From: Oscillospiraceae bacterium
GTDB lineage: Bacteria; Bacillota; Clostridia; Oscillospirales; Ruminococcaceae
Length of the DNA stretch: 64,000 bases
Assembly (NCBI GenBank): GCA_045532595.1
Contig: JAZSGG010000008.1
Coordinates: 969-64,968, forward strand
Direction: 5' to 3'
Part shown: positions 36,077 through 45,858 of the stretch, piece after piece
Layout: every line of letters begins with the position of its first letter
Position numbering within the stretch: the stretch's first letter is position 1
The notes under the pieces: generated by a model
What the model was told of the DNA's origin: nothing
Databases searched by the model: none
Seen by the model: the letters and a program-made list of their open reading frames with translations, nothing else
Made by a program: the position numbers and the translations under genes

Positions 36077-37648
36077 TCACCAGTTGAGCTGCAGCTCGCC
36101 GCCGTTTATCAGTGCATCAATATTATCGAGCAAGCGGTCGGTGTAGATCTGGCGCACCTTGAACAGCACCTTTCCGTTCACACGGACGATGTTCTTGCGG
36201 TCATCCGACTGATAGAACTCGATCACGTCGCTTTCAGTATTGTATACCTCATGATATTCGTCACGATACTCGAACTTTACAGTGATGTAAGGAGCATACT
36301 CGCCGTCAGTGAGATAAAGCTCATCGCCTATCGCAGAGATAAGCTGCTGATAAAGCTGTCTGAACTTATCGCCGTTAAGCTCTGTGCCGTCAAGAGTGAA
36401 GCTGTTCTGCTTTGCGTCTCCTGTAACGGTGAACAGGTATTCCCTTTCGGGAGTGGTGATGGTGAGCCTATCTATCGTATAGATATAAGGCGATACGGGA
36501 CGTCTTGAAACGATATCCTCAAGAGTCATCGTACACCATGGCAGTGAGCTTGTGGCAAATGCATAGATGCCGTTATTGCCTTCGATCATGCCGTAATAGC
36601 CGGTAACCGTGGTGAGCGTGGGTGTATCATCAGCATCGGTATCAGTTGTGGTTACTATCTGATCGCCGATGTAGAGGATATTGCGCTTTCCGCCGTACTT
36701 AAAGGTCACCTTGCAGAAGGGATCATCAAGACCTGTTGCCGCAAGAAGCTCCTCATCAGCTTCAACAGACACGCAGGACGCTGCTGTAAGACCATACAGA
36801 CCGTAGCAGTAGTTCTGTCCCTTGGTAGAATCGACCTCGGCAAGCACGGGGCTTGTAACTCTGTGGGAATTGAAGGTGGTGATAACGGAATTGATATCCT
36901 GCGCCTCATCCTGAATATCGTACATATAAGAGATCTCAATAGGCTCATCAAAATCCTTACGCTCGACTACCATGTAGTCAAGCTCCTTGGGATTCTCAGG
37001 ATTGTATCCATCGGTGAACACCAGATTCACGAAATCATTGATAGCATAGAACGCCTTGTTTACGGTGTAATAACCGATCTGATAAACATCGCTGCTGCCA
37101 TCCTTGCGGCAGTACACGAAGTTCTCGGCAGCAGGGTTTCTGATGCCGAAGTGTACGGTCTCGGAAGTGCCGTCCTCAAAGCTTATCTTTGCAGTTGCAA
37201 GCGGCTGCTGGAGTCCGTACTTATCAAGATCCTCAGCGGCTTCCTCAACAGTCTTGTTGGCGGTCATTCCTGCCATAGTGTTCATCAGTGCCTTGACTGT
37301 GGTGTCGTTAGGCTGCAGACCTGCCATCTCGGGGCTTACCCAGAAATATTCATCCACTGCGGAAACGACGCCTTCGGCATCTGTTGAAGAAACAGTGCGT
37401 TCATCCCTGTTGAAGGTGTAGCTGCCTGTCTCGTTCTCTATCTGCAGGGTGATGACCTGAGAGCCATCCTTATTTGTGAGGATCGCTGCAGTATCTTCTG
37501 CATCGCTTACTACAGCGGAAGAGTCGGAGGAGGTCTCCTCCGAGCCTTCGGGCTTTGTCATCACCAGCACAAGGCATACAACGCCGAGTACCAGTAAAAG
37601 TCCTGCTGCAATAATAATAGTTTTTGTGTTTTTTGAAAGCTTAGCCAT
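36077..37648 (-). CDS. DUF4340-domain membrane-anchored protein
   Basis: Single N-terminal TM; DLDKYGLQQP, LAATGLDDP repeats. Confidence 0.8.
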   Translation of the reverse strand: MAKLSKNTKTIIIAAGLLLVLGVVCLVLVMTKPEGSEETSSDSSAVVSDAEDTAAILTNKDGSQVITLQIENETGSYTFNRDERTVSSTDAEGVVSAVDEYFWVSPEMAGLQPNDTTVKALMNTMAGMTANKTVEEAAEDLDKYGLQQPLATAKISFEDGTSETVHFGIRNPAAENFVYCRKDGSSDVYQIGYYTVNKAFYAINDFVNLVFTDGYNPENPKELDYMVVERKDFDEPIEISYMYDIQDEAQDINSVITTFNSHRVTSPVLAEVDSTKGQNYCYGLYGLTAASCVSVEADEELLAATGLDDPFCKVTFKYGGKRNILYIGDQIVTTTDTDADDTPTLTTVTGYYGMIEGNNGIYAFATSSLPWCTMTLEDIVSRRPVSPYIYTIDRLTITTPEREYLFTVTGDAKQNSFTLDGTELNGDKFRQLYQQLISAIGDELYLTDGEYAPYITVKFEYRDEYHEVYNTESDVIEFYQSDDRKNIVRVNGKVLFKVRQIYTDRLLDNIDALINGGELQLNW

Positions 37649-39319
37649 TTATCTGTGCCTCCTGCGTACCCAGATAACGATACCGAGTACGATAACGATA
37701 ACGGGAATAACGATGCAGAGGAACACTGCAAGTGTGTTTGCGGTGCCTGCTGTCATATCAAAGCCGCTTATGGAGAAGGACTTGGGTGTGATGGTGATGC
37801 CCTCTTCCCTGCCACAGATATAATTGAACATGTTCACAAGGAATGCGCTGTTGTTTGCATTGCTGTACTCAAGGAACATATCCAGTGCGAAATATTCCGA
37901 ACCAAACGCAACAAGTCTGCTTACATTCTGATTGGTGCTGTGCACTCTGTAAGCCACAATGGCGTTATTGAATACGCCTGATTCAGCAGTATCAAGGCTG
38001 AATTCCTCATCGCCCTGCTGAGTCAGCGGAGACAGGAACGCATTATCGTAGGACTTCAGGATGATCTCCTGCTCGATATTGCCCTTTGTGCCGCCCTCCC
38101 AGATCTGCTTGACGGGACGCATATTCATGCCATAGAAATACAGGTTATTGCCATAGGTGCTGCCTGCATAGTTGGTATCGCATACATCCTGCAGATGGAT
38201 ATAGGGATTGAGAGTACCTGTCAGCGCAATTATCTTGCTGGTATCGCTCTGGCCGATCGCCTCATAGCCTACGGATAATCCCCAGTCGTTAAGGAATCCC
38301 TCAATATTGGGAGTCTCAGGCTGGCTGGTGGATGCAAAATAAACAACGTTCTTATCAAACTGGCCGCCGTTATCAAGGAATCTGTCAAGCTTTGTGAGGT
38401 TGTCAACATCAACATCCATTGTCGGTGCGAACATCACAACGAAGTCGATATCAGTGTCGATCTCCTCTACCTGAGTGAGATTGATCGTCTCCACCTCGTA
38501 GCCGTTCTTCTTCAGAAGATCTCTGAGTGCTGTGCTGTCAAGCTCGCCGTAGCCCTCTGTGAAAGCAATGCGTACAAGCTCGTCATTAGCCACATACATC
38601 ATAGCGGAGACTGCCTCCTGCTCGATGTTAGAATAGATATAGTCGTTTGCATTGAAGCTTGTTCCCGAATAGTAGGCTGCATAGTATGCTTCGTAATATG
38701 CCTCCTGATCAATGGTGATATACTCATCGGCAGGAATGATACGGTATCTGCCTGTATCCTTGCACTCAACCACGATGTAGTTTGCTTCAAGGGTCTCGCC
38801 TGTGAAACGGGAGGTGAAGTTAGGATTCTGATCCAGCAGCAGATAATCGAGAGTGATGCGGTCGTTAGCAACCTCCATCTTTTTCAGGATCTCGTTTACC
38901 TGCTTGTATACAGTACCCATTGCCTCGTAATCGGATTCGGAATTGAGCAGCGTGATCGTGATATCATGGTCAAGCTCTTTCACGAAGTTTTCGGTCTTTT
39001 CGTCGATGGTATACATACCACCTGCGGAAAGATCGGCACTTGCGTTAAAACGATCGGACAGAATGCCCACTATAACGTTCACCAGAACGAGAACGCCGAT
39101 GAACACAAGTGTGAAGATCACTGCAAAGGTACCATGCTTGAAGTTGCGGATATTGAACTTCTTGCCGTTTTCGGATTTCTTTGCCTCAGCCTTCTTTTCT
39201 GCTTCAGCCGCTACGACAGCTTCAAGATCGGGAGCAGCCACAACAGGCTCCTGCTCCTTCTCAACCGCTTCGTTCTGCTTTGCTTCGAGTTCTATCTTGT
39301 TTGTTACTTTCTTGCTCAT
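37649..39319 (-). CDS. GldG-like ABC auxiliary component
   Basis: DLSAGGMYTI, FTEGYGE, C-terminal TM ending WVRRRHR. Confidence 0.8.
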   Translation of the reverse strand: MSKKVTNKIELEAKQNEAVEKEQEPVVAAPDLEAVVAAEAEKKAEAKKSENGKKFNIRNFKHGTFAVIFTLVFIGVLVLVNVIVGILSDRFNASADLSAGGMYTIDEKTENFVKELDHDITITLLNSESDYEAMGTVYKQVNEILKKMEVANDRITLDYLLLDQNPNFTSRFTGETLEANYIVVECKDTGRYRIIPADEYITIDQEAYYEAYYAAYYSGTSFNANDYIYSNIEQEAVSAMMYVANDELVRIAFTEGYGELDSTALRDLLKKNGYEVETINLTQVEEIDTDIDFVVMFAPTMDVDVDNLTKLDRFLDNGGQFDKNVVYFASTSQPETPNIEGFLNDWGLSVGYEAIGQSDTSKIIALTGTLNPYIHLQDVCDTNYAGSTYGNNLYFYGMNMRPVKQIWEGGTKGNIEQEIILKSYDNAFLSPLTQQGDEEFSLDTAESGVFNNAIVAYRVHSTNQNVSRLVAFGSEYFALDMFLEYSNANNSAFLVNMFNYICGREEGITITPKSFSISGFDMTAGTANTLAVFLCIVIPVIVIVLGIVIWVRRRHR

Positions 39320-39335
39320 AGCTGTGCCTCCTTTC

Positions 39336-40073
39336 TCAGCTCCAGCGGCGGCGTTCGAGGACACGCACCGTCAGGAAATTAAAGAGTACGATGAGGCTCA
39401 GGAAGAACACTATATTCTTCAGGCTGAAAATGCCGTAGGTGAACTCCTGATACTTATAGAACACAGAGAGGGACAGGATAAGCTCCTGCAGCCACTCCCA
39501 AGGAACATAATTTGCCAGAACATCGAAAAGGCAGAGTGCGATATTTGCACCGATGCTGCCGATAGCTGCGATCATCTGATTCTCTGTAAGGCTGGAAATG
39601 AAGATGCCTGCAGAGATGTAAACGCCGCCCATAAGGGAGATTCCGACAAGGTTTCCGAACACGGACGCCCAGCCGAAGGTGGCCTCAATGCCTGTCTGCG
39701 CTGCGGTATCCGCAACTGCGCCTGCAAGGAACAGCGCATACACCAGCAGCACTGCAACTCCTAACAGGAAGATAAAGAAAGCAGCAAGGAACTTGCCCAT
39801 TACCAGACCGAATAAGCTTATCGGAGCGGTGAGAGTAAGCTGATCTGTTTTCTGACGCTTATCATCAGCCATGGTTCTCATTGTCAGCACGGGGATGAGT
39901 ATCATCATGATGAAGAACATCCACAGGAAGGTGCTGCCCATATCAGAAAGACCCGCTGTAAGGCATGTCATCCACAGGAAGAGTCCCGAGAATGCATAGA
40001 ACACTGCAAGGAACACATATCCCAGAGGAGATGTGAAATATGATGCGAATTCACGCTTTAAGATTGCTGTCAT
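39336..40073 (-). CDS. GldF-like ABC-2 permease
   Basis: KREFASYFTSPLGYV, QKTDQLTLTAP, LTENQMIAA. Confidence 0.85.
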   Translation of the reverse strand: MTAILKREFASYFTSPLGYVFLAVFYAFSGLFLWMTCLTAGLSDMGSTFLWMFFIMMILIPVLTMRTMADDKRQKTDQLTLTAPISLFGLVMGKFLAAFFIFLLGVAVLLVYALFLAGAVADTAAQTGIEATFGWASVFGNLVGISLMGGVYISAGIFISSLTENQMIAAIGSIGANIALCLFDVLANYVPWEWLQELILSLSVFYKYQEFTYGIFSLKNIVFFLSLIVLFNFLTVRVLERRRWS

Positions 40074-41038
40074 CTGCCTGCACCTCCGTTATCTACATTT
40101 CCATAGAAGTCGCCGGTGGTGAGCTTCAGGAAGATCTCCTCCAGTGTAAGCTCGGAGGAGCGCATCAGAAGGATCGGGTAGCTGCGTTCTGCCATGCGCT
40201 TGAATATCTCACGGCGGATATCACAGCCCTCCTTCGCATTGAGGGAAAATTCTGTAACAGTCTTGTCAACAGTGCGGTTGATGTGTACCTCCACCATATC
40301 GGGGATGCCACTCAGAAGGCTCTGTACCTCCTTTGCGGGACCCTCGATCTGAACGATCAGCTTATGATCAGCAGAGAGGTTATGGGAAAGATTCTCAGTA
40401 GTGTCGTTTGCAACGAGCTTACCCTTGTCGATAACAACGATGCGGTCACAAACAGCCTGCACCTCGGAAAGGATATGCGAGGAAAGGATAACAGTGTGAT
40501 TCTTTCCCAGCTTCTTGATGAGCGTTCTTATCTCGATTATCTGCTTGGGATCGAGACCAACTGTAGGCTCATCGAGTATCAGCACCTTGGGATTTCCCAC
40601 AAGCGCCTGTGCCAGTCCGACACGCTGCTTATAACCCTTGGAAAGATTGCGGATAACACGATTCTTTACATCGGTTATCTTTACAAGTCCGCATATCTCG
40701 TTCAGGTGAGAGCGTCTGGGCATCTTACACTTTTTAAGATCGTAAACGAAGTTAAGGTACTCCATTACGGTCATATCAAGATAAAGCGGCGGCAGCTCAG
40801 GGAGATATCCGATATCCTTCTTGGCTGTAACAGGATCCTCCAGAATGTCAACTCCGTTGATGAGCGCCTGTCCCCCCGAAGAGGAAAGGTAGCCTGTCAG
40901 GATATTCATCGTGGTGGATTTACCTGCACCGTTAGGACCGAGGAAGCCGAGTATCTCGCTTTCATTGGCGGTAAAGCTGATATTATCAACAGCAAGCTTA
41001 CTGCCGTAGCTCTTGCTAAGATTTTTAACTTCTATCAT
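40070..41038 (-). CDS. GldA-like ABC ATP-binding protein
   Basis: GPNGAGKST, LSKGYKQRVGLAQA, LDEPTVGLDP. Confidence 0.92.
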   Translation of the reverse strand: MIEVKNLSKSYGSKLAVDNISFTANESEILGFLGPNGAGKSTTMNILTGYLSSSGGQALINGVDILEDPVTAKKDIGYLPELPPLYLDMTVMEYLNFVYDLKKCKMPRRSHLNEICGLVKITDVKNRVIRNLSKGYKQRVGLAQALVGNPKVLILDEPTVGLDPKQIIEIRTLIKKLGKNHTVILSSHILSEVQAVCDRIVVIDKGKLVANDTTENLSHNLSADHKLIVQIEGPAKEVQSLLSGIPDMVEVHINRTVDKTVTEFSLNAKEGCDIRREIFKRMAERSYPILLMRSSELTLEEIFLKLTTGDFYGNVDNGGAGR

Positions 41039-41126
41039 ATAGCCTCCGAATTAAGTAAATTGGATAAAATACCATATTAAAGTATAATATCCGCAAGTGA
41101 TAGTCATGTGATTTATCTATGAAATA

Positions 41127-42578
41127 TCAGGCATTTGCCGCTTCGAGAAGCTCGATGCCCTTCTTAATTCGTGCTATAGTCTCATCCTTGCCGAGGATCA
41201 CTGCAAGCTCAACACCTCCGCCGGGAGTGAGCAGCTTTCCGCTGACTGCAACTCTGAGAGGCCACAGCATATAGCCGTTCTTCACACCCTCGGTCTCGAT
41301 AAGCTTGAAAAGTGCATCGTGAACCGTATCGTGATCGAATGCGTTCAGGCCCTCCAGAACGGGAAGGATCTTCTTTAATGCCTCGAGAGCAGTGGTGGGA
41401 TTTGTCTTCATCTTCTTGCTGGTATACAGCTCAAGGTCGTATGCGGGCAGTTCATCAATGAAATCCACCTGTGCAGGGATGTCAGTGAACAGCTCTGCTC
41501 TGGGCTGCAGTGTTGTGCAGAGAAGCTTCAGATCAATATCCTCACGCTTGCAGGTCTGACGGATATATGGAGTAGCGTACTCCATGAACTGCTCGATAGG
41601 CAGCGCTCTTACATACTGTGCATTGATAGCCTTCAGCTTCAGACCGTCAAAGATAGCGGGAGACTTGGAGATGCCGCTGAGATCGAATGCCTCGATCATC
41701 TCATCCAGTGTGAATATCTCCTGCTCGCCCTTTGGCGCCCAGCCCAGCAGCAGGATATAGTTCAGGATAGCTTCGGTGAGATATCCCTTGTCGATAAGAT
41801 CCTGGAAGGATGCGTCGCCGTCACGCTTGGCAAGCTTGTGCTGTGCGTCCTTCATGATATGCTCAACATGGATATATACAGGGGGCTTCCAGCCGAATGC
41901 CTCATAAAGCAGGTTATACTTAGGTGTGGAGGAAAGATACTCATTACCTCTTACAACGTGAGTGATCTCCATGGTGTGGTCGTCCACAACGTTTGCAAAG
42001 TTGTATGTGGGCATACCGTCGGACTTCAGCAGCACCTGATCGTCAAGATCAACGTTCTCTACTGTGATGTCACCGTAGATCTCATCGTTGAAGGTCGTAG
42101 TACCCTCGGTGGGGATCTTCTGTCTGATAACGCATACAGCACCCTCAGCACGTCTCTTCTCTGCCTCCTCACGGGAGAGATCACGGCAGGCACAGCGGTT
42201 TGCAGATGCAAGACCGTTGGGCTTGGTGTCGTCGTCATCATCTGTCTTGTCACAGAAGCAGTAGTATGCATGACCGCTCTCAACAAGCTTCTCCGCATAC
42301 TCCTTGAACATTCCCATGCGCTCGCTCTGAACATAGGGGCCGTAATCGCCGCCCACATCGGGACCCTCATCCCAGTTCAGGCCGCAGGTGCGCAGAGTCT
42401 TGTAGATAACATCTGTAGCACCCTCCACATAACGCTCACGGTCGGTATCCTCAATACGCAGGATGAACGTTCCCTTGTGCTTCTTAGCAATAAGATATGT
42501 GTAAAGCGCCGTTCTCAGGTTGCCGATATGCATATATCCTGTGGGAGAGGGCGCAAATCTGGTTCTTACTGTAGCCAT
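41127..42578 (-). CDS. gltX: Glutamate--tRNA ligase
   Basis: RTRFAPSPTGYMHIGN, LRIEDTD, PTYNFANVVDD. Confidence 0.96.
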   Translation of the reverse strand: MATVRTRFAPSPTGYMHIGNLRTALYTYLIAKKHKGTFILRIEDTDRERYVEGATDVIYKTLRTCGLNWDEGPDVGGDYGPYVQSERMGMFKEYAEKLVESGHAYYCFCDKTDDDDDTKPNGLASANRCACRDLSREEAEKRRAEGAVCVIRQKIPTEGTTTFNDEIYGDITVENVDLDDQVLLKSDGMPTYNFANVVDDHTMEITHVVRGNEYLSSTPKYNLLYEAFGWKPPVYIHVEHIMKDAQHKLAKRDGDASFQDLIDKGYLTEAILNYILLLGWAPKGEQEIFTLDEMIEAFDLSGISKSPAIFDGLKLKAINAQYVRALPIEQFMEYATPYIRQTCKREDIDLKLLCTTLQPRAELFTDIPAQVDFIDELPAYDLELYTSKKMKTNPTTALEALKKILPVLEGLNAFDHDTVHDALFKLIETEGVKNGYMLWPLRVAVSGKLLTPGGGVELAVILGKDETIARIKKGIELLEAANA

Positions 42579-42622
42579 TTCTCATATTCCTTTCATTTAA
42601 TTGACACATTGTGCGTGTAATG

Positions 42623-43525
42623 TTAAAATAAAGCAGCCTCTTTATCAGCAGCTATCTGAGCCTTCAGCTCCTGCAAGGAAGCAAACTTCCTCTCAGGTCT
42701 GAGGTAACTGATAAGCGACACTGATATATTTTGTCCGTAGAGATCACCATCAAATCCGATGATGTGAGTCTCCATGACTGCACCCGTACCGTCCCTGCGA
42801 TCCTCTACAGTGGGCTTTATGCCAATGTTCGTGATGCTGCGGTAGTTCCTGCCGTCAATGGAAACGAAGCTCTTATACACGCCGAATTTAGGGATGATAT
42901 TGGTCTCGGGGATGATCTGATTGATCGTGGGAAAGCTCAGTGTGTGACCGATCTTGTTGCCATGCACTACAGGCAGGCGATACCACAGATCATAACCGAG
43001 GAGCTTATTAGCCTCCTCCACCTTGCCATTTCGGATAAGCTCACGGATATATGTTGAGCTTATCGGTACTCCCTCGTGGCAGACATCCTGCACGACCTCG
43101 ACCTTAATCCCGTATTTTGCGCCTATCTCAGCAAGAAGCTCGGGAGAACCGCTGCCGCCCTTGCCGAAACGGAAGGAGCGTCCACAGCAGGCAAAGCCCG
43201 CATTCAGCTTTTTAACAAGTATCTCACGGATGAAATCCTCTGCGGGATAGCCGCAGACCTCCGCAAAATCAGGCGCATAAAGATACTTCACGCCGACTCT
43301 CTGCATAAGCTCGCACTTATTCTCAAAGGAAATGATATCCTCGGGCTGCATGAACTTCGGCAGCGTAGTATCACAGTTGAAGGTAAACACCGCTGGCTTC
43401 ATGTCCCTCTGAGAAAGAGCAGCGGTTATTACCCCGATATGACCGAGATGCAGCCCATCGAAATATCCGAGAGCCACAGCGGTCTTTTCTGACGGCACAT
43501 CAGCGCCGTATGTTATATTAATCAA
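42623..43525 (-). CDS. ribF: Bifunctional riboflavin kinase/FAD synthetase
   Basis: GYFDGLHLGH, ISSTYIR, FPTIN, ETHI..FDGDLYG. Confidence 0.93.
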   Translation of the reverse strand: MINITYGADVPSEKTAVALGYFDGLHLGHIGVITAALSQRDMKPAVFTFNCDTTLPKFMQPEDIISFENKCELMQRVGVKYLYAPDFAEVCGYPAEDFIREILVKKLNAGFACCGRSFRFGKGGSGSPELLAEIGAKYGIKVEVVQDVCHEGVPISSTYIRELIRNGKVEEANKLLGYDLWYRLPVVHGNKIGHTLSFPTINQIIPETNIIPKFGVYKSFVSIDGRNYRSITNIGIKPTVEDRRDGTGAVMETHIIGFDGDLYGQNISVSLISYLRPERKFASLQELKAQIAADKEAALF

Positions 43526-43549
43526 TTCAATACCACCATTTCAGTGATG

Positions 43550-44434
43550 TTATTCGGTGAAAAATCTCTTGACTGAGACAAGCTCGTCATCGGAATTGAC
43601 CTTTGCAAGTCCCACAAAGCTATCCCCTGCATAAACACGGCAGAGCTGCTCTGTTTCAGGGCGAGCTGCAAGCCTTGCGGCATCAAGCCTTACTCCGTTG
43701 AGATACAAGCGCTGCTGCACCTCATCAAGAGCAAGCTTCGGCAGCGGTGCAAATACCTCCTCAGTGGGAAGCAGCCAGCCTTGCAGAGTCTCTGCATCTG
43801 CTGCACGCACCTCTTCTATGGTCTTGCACTGCGAAAGCTCAAAGCCGCAGGCTCGTGTCCTGCAGAGAGCGGTCATCACAGCGCCTGTGCCGAGAGCCTC
43901 GCCGATATCGTGGATCAGAGTACGGATGTATGTTCCGGATGAACAATCCACCTCTATCACGCCATCGGTGCCATCAAATTCCATCACATCAAGCCTTGAT
44001 ATGGTTATCGGTCTTGCTTCACGCTCGACCTCTATTCCCTGCCGTGCAAGATCGCACAGCTTCTGTCCGTTTACCTTTAGAGCAGAGTACATAGGCGGTA
44101 TCTGCATTATCTCCCCACGGAACCTTGGCAAAACTTCCGAAAGCTCCTCAGAGGATACCTTGCGATCGCTTATGCACTTAGTCTCGCCCCAGATATCCTG
44201 AGTATCGGAGATAAGACCCAGCCTGAAGGATGCACGATAGCTTTTATCCGTATCGGGAATGATATCCACCGCTTTGGTTGCTCCTCCCACGAACACAGGC
44301 AGAACGCCCGTTGCCATGGGATCCAGCGTGCCGCCGTGACCTACTTTTTTAGTGCCGAAGCATCTGCGCATCACAGCTACCACGTCAAAGGAAGTGAACT
44401 CCTGCGGTTTATTTATACAGATTATTCCCGTCAT
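43550..44434 (-). CDS. truB: tRNA pseudouridine(55) synthase
   Basis: KVGHGGTLDPMATGVL, QIPPMYSALK, CSSGTYIRTL. Confidence 0.96.
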   Translation of the reverse strand: MTGIICINKPQEFTSFDVVAVMRRCFGTKKVGHGGTLDPMATGVLPVFVGGATKAVDIIPDTDKSYRASFRLGLISDTQDIWGETKCISDRKVSSEELSEVLPRFRGEIMQIPPMYSALKVNGQKLCDLARQGIEVEREARPITISRLDVMEFDGTDGVIEVDCSSGTYIRTLIHDIGEALGTGAVMTALCRTRACGFELSQCKTIEEVRAADAETLQGWLLPTEEVFAPLPKLALDEVQQRLYLNGVRLDAARLAARPETEQLCRVYAGDSFVGLAKVNSDDELVSVKRFFTE

Positions 44435-45396
44435 ACTATCTCCGCCTGTCTGAGAGCCTCTGTGCAGGCTGCGGTAAGCTGTGCAACAGCCTCATCGTAA
44501 CCGCAGGTAAAGGAGCATCCCGACGCTCTTGCATGACCGCCGCCGCCAAACTGCTGAGCGATCTTCGAAACATCTATACGCTCGCTCGAACGCAGCGAAG
44601 CCTTGAACAGTCCAGGCTTCTTCTCCTTCATGGAGATACCGATATCCACGCCCTCGATCTGACGGGGAATGGACGCCATTGCGCCCACATCATCGCTGTC
44701 GATATCGGCAATGCCCGCCAGAGTATCCAGCGTTACAGTTACCATTGCGATGTGTCCGTCAGCGAAATATCTCATGTTTCTGAGGACCTCCTGCTCAAGC
44801 TTTATACGGCCCTGCGTTTTAAGCTCGAACATGGCGTAGTTTATCGGAGCGATCTCAGCACCGCACTCCATCAGCTTTGCTGCGACGATATGCGTCTGAG
44901 GCTTTGTATTGCTGAATTTGAAGCAGCCTGTATCAGTAGCAACACCTGTATAAAGGCAATTTGCAATGATCCTGTCGATAGGTGTGCCGAGGGCGGTAAT
45001 CACCTCGAACATAAGCTCGCAGGCGGAAGCATAATGCTCCCTGAGCAAAAGCTGCTTTGCATAGTGAGTATTTGACACATGATGATCAATACAGAGATCC
45101 ACCTTGTCAGCGAAGGTTGCGCTGAGGTCGCCGAGAAGCTTCACATCAGCCACATCGACTGCGACATAGGTGTTGATATCAAAGGACATCTGAGTGTATC
45201 CCTCACGCATGTAGTCAAATCTGTGAGGAATCTCATCGGGACAGATGACGTCTGCCTTCTTGCCCATTCTCTGAAGTGCGGTACACAGCGCAAAGCCGCA
45301 GCCGAGAGTATCACCATCGGGGCTTGCATGCATAAGGATAAGGAAATTATCATGCGATCTCAGAAACTCTGCAGCTTCATTAATCTCAATCTTCAT
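44431..45396 (-). CDS. DHH-family phosphoesterase (NrnA-like)
   Basis: HASPDGD, IDHH, TDTG, GGGH. Confidence 0.9.
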   Translation of the reverse strand: MKIEINEAAEFLRSHDNFLILMHASPDGDTLGCGFALCTALQRMGKKADVICPDEIPHRFDYMREGYTQMSFDINTYVAVDVADVKLLGDLSATFADKVDLCIDHHVSNTHYAKQLLLREHYASACELMFEVITALGTPIDRIIANCLYTGVATDTGCFKFSNTKPQTHIVAAKLMECGAEIAPINYAMFELKTQGRIKLEQEVLRNMRYFADGHIAMVTVTLDTLAGIADIDSDDVGAMASIPRQIEGVDIGISMKEKKPGLFKASLRSSERIDVSKIAQQFGGGGHARASGCSFTCGYDEAVAQLTAACTEALRQAEIV

Positions 45397-45784
45397 CCTC
45401 TGCCTCCATTTCTTCGGTATCCGCATCCTCTGCCTGTGCGGGCTTCGGAAGCTTGGAAATGATATCCTCAATGTGAGCAGCATATTCAAGGGAGTTATCC
45501 TCCTTGAAGATAAGCTCGGGGATCTTGCGCACACGGATCTTGCCCGCAATGCACTTCTTGAAGTAACCCGAAGCCGCTGTCATGCCCTCCACTGCCTTGT
45601 GTGTTCTTCCTGCGCCGCCGAGACACGCAATGTGTACGGTGCAGTAGGAAAGATCGTTCGTCACCTCGCAGTGGGTAACTGTTACGAAATTCTTGGATAC
45701 ACGGGGATCCTTCACGCCTGCAACGGCTGCGGAGATCTCACGCTTTATATCCTCATTGAGTCGTTTGATATTAAAGTTAGCCAT
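45386..45784 (-). CDS. rbfA: Ribosome-binding factor A
   Basis: KDPRV...VTNDLSY...RKIPELIFKEDNS. Confidence 0.95.
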   Translation of the reverse strand: MANFNIKRLNEDIKREISAAVAGVKDPRVSKNFVTVTHCEVTNDLSYCTVHIACLGGAGRTHKAVEGMTAASGYFKKCIAGKIRVRKIPELIFKEDNSLEYAAHIEDIISKLPKPAQAEDADTEEMEAEDED

Positions 45785-45858
45785 TATTTATTGACCTCCT
45801 TTACACAATGACGCTCCTGCGCTGTTTGACAGCGCAGAAACTATCACAAAAAGCTTTA

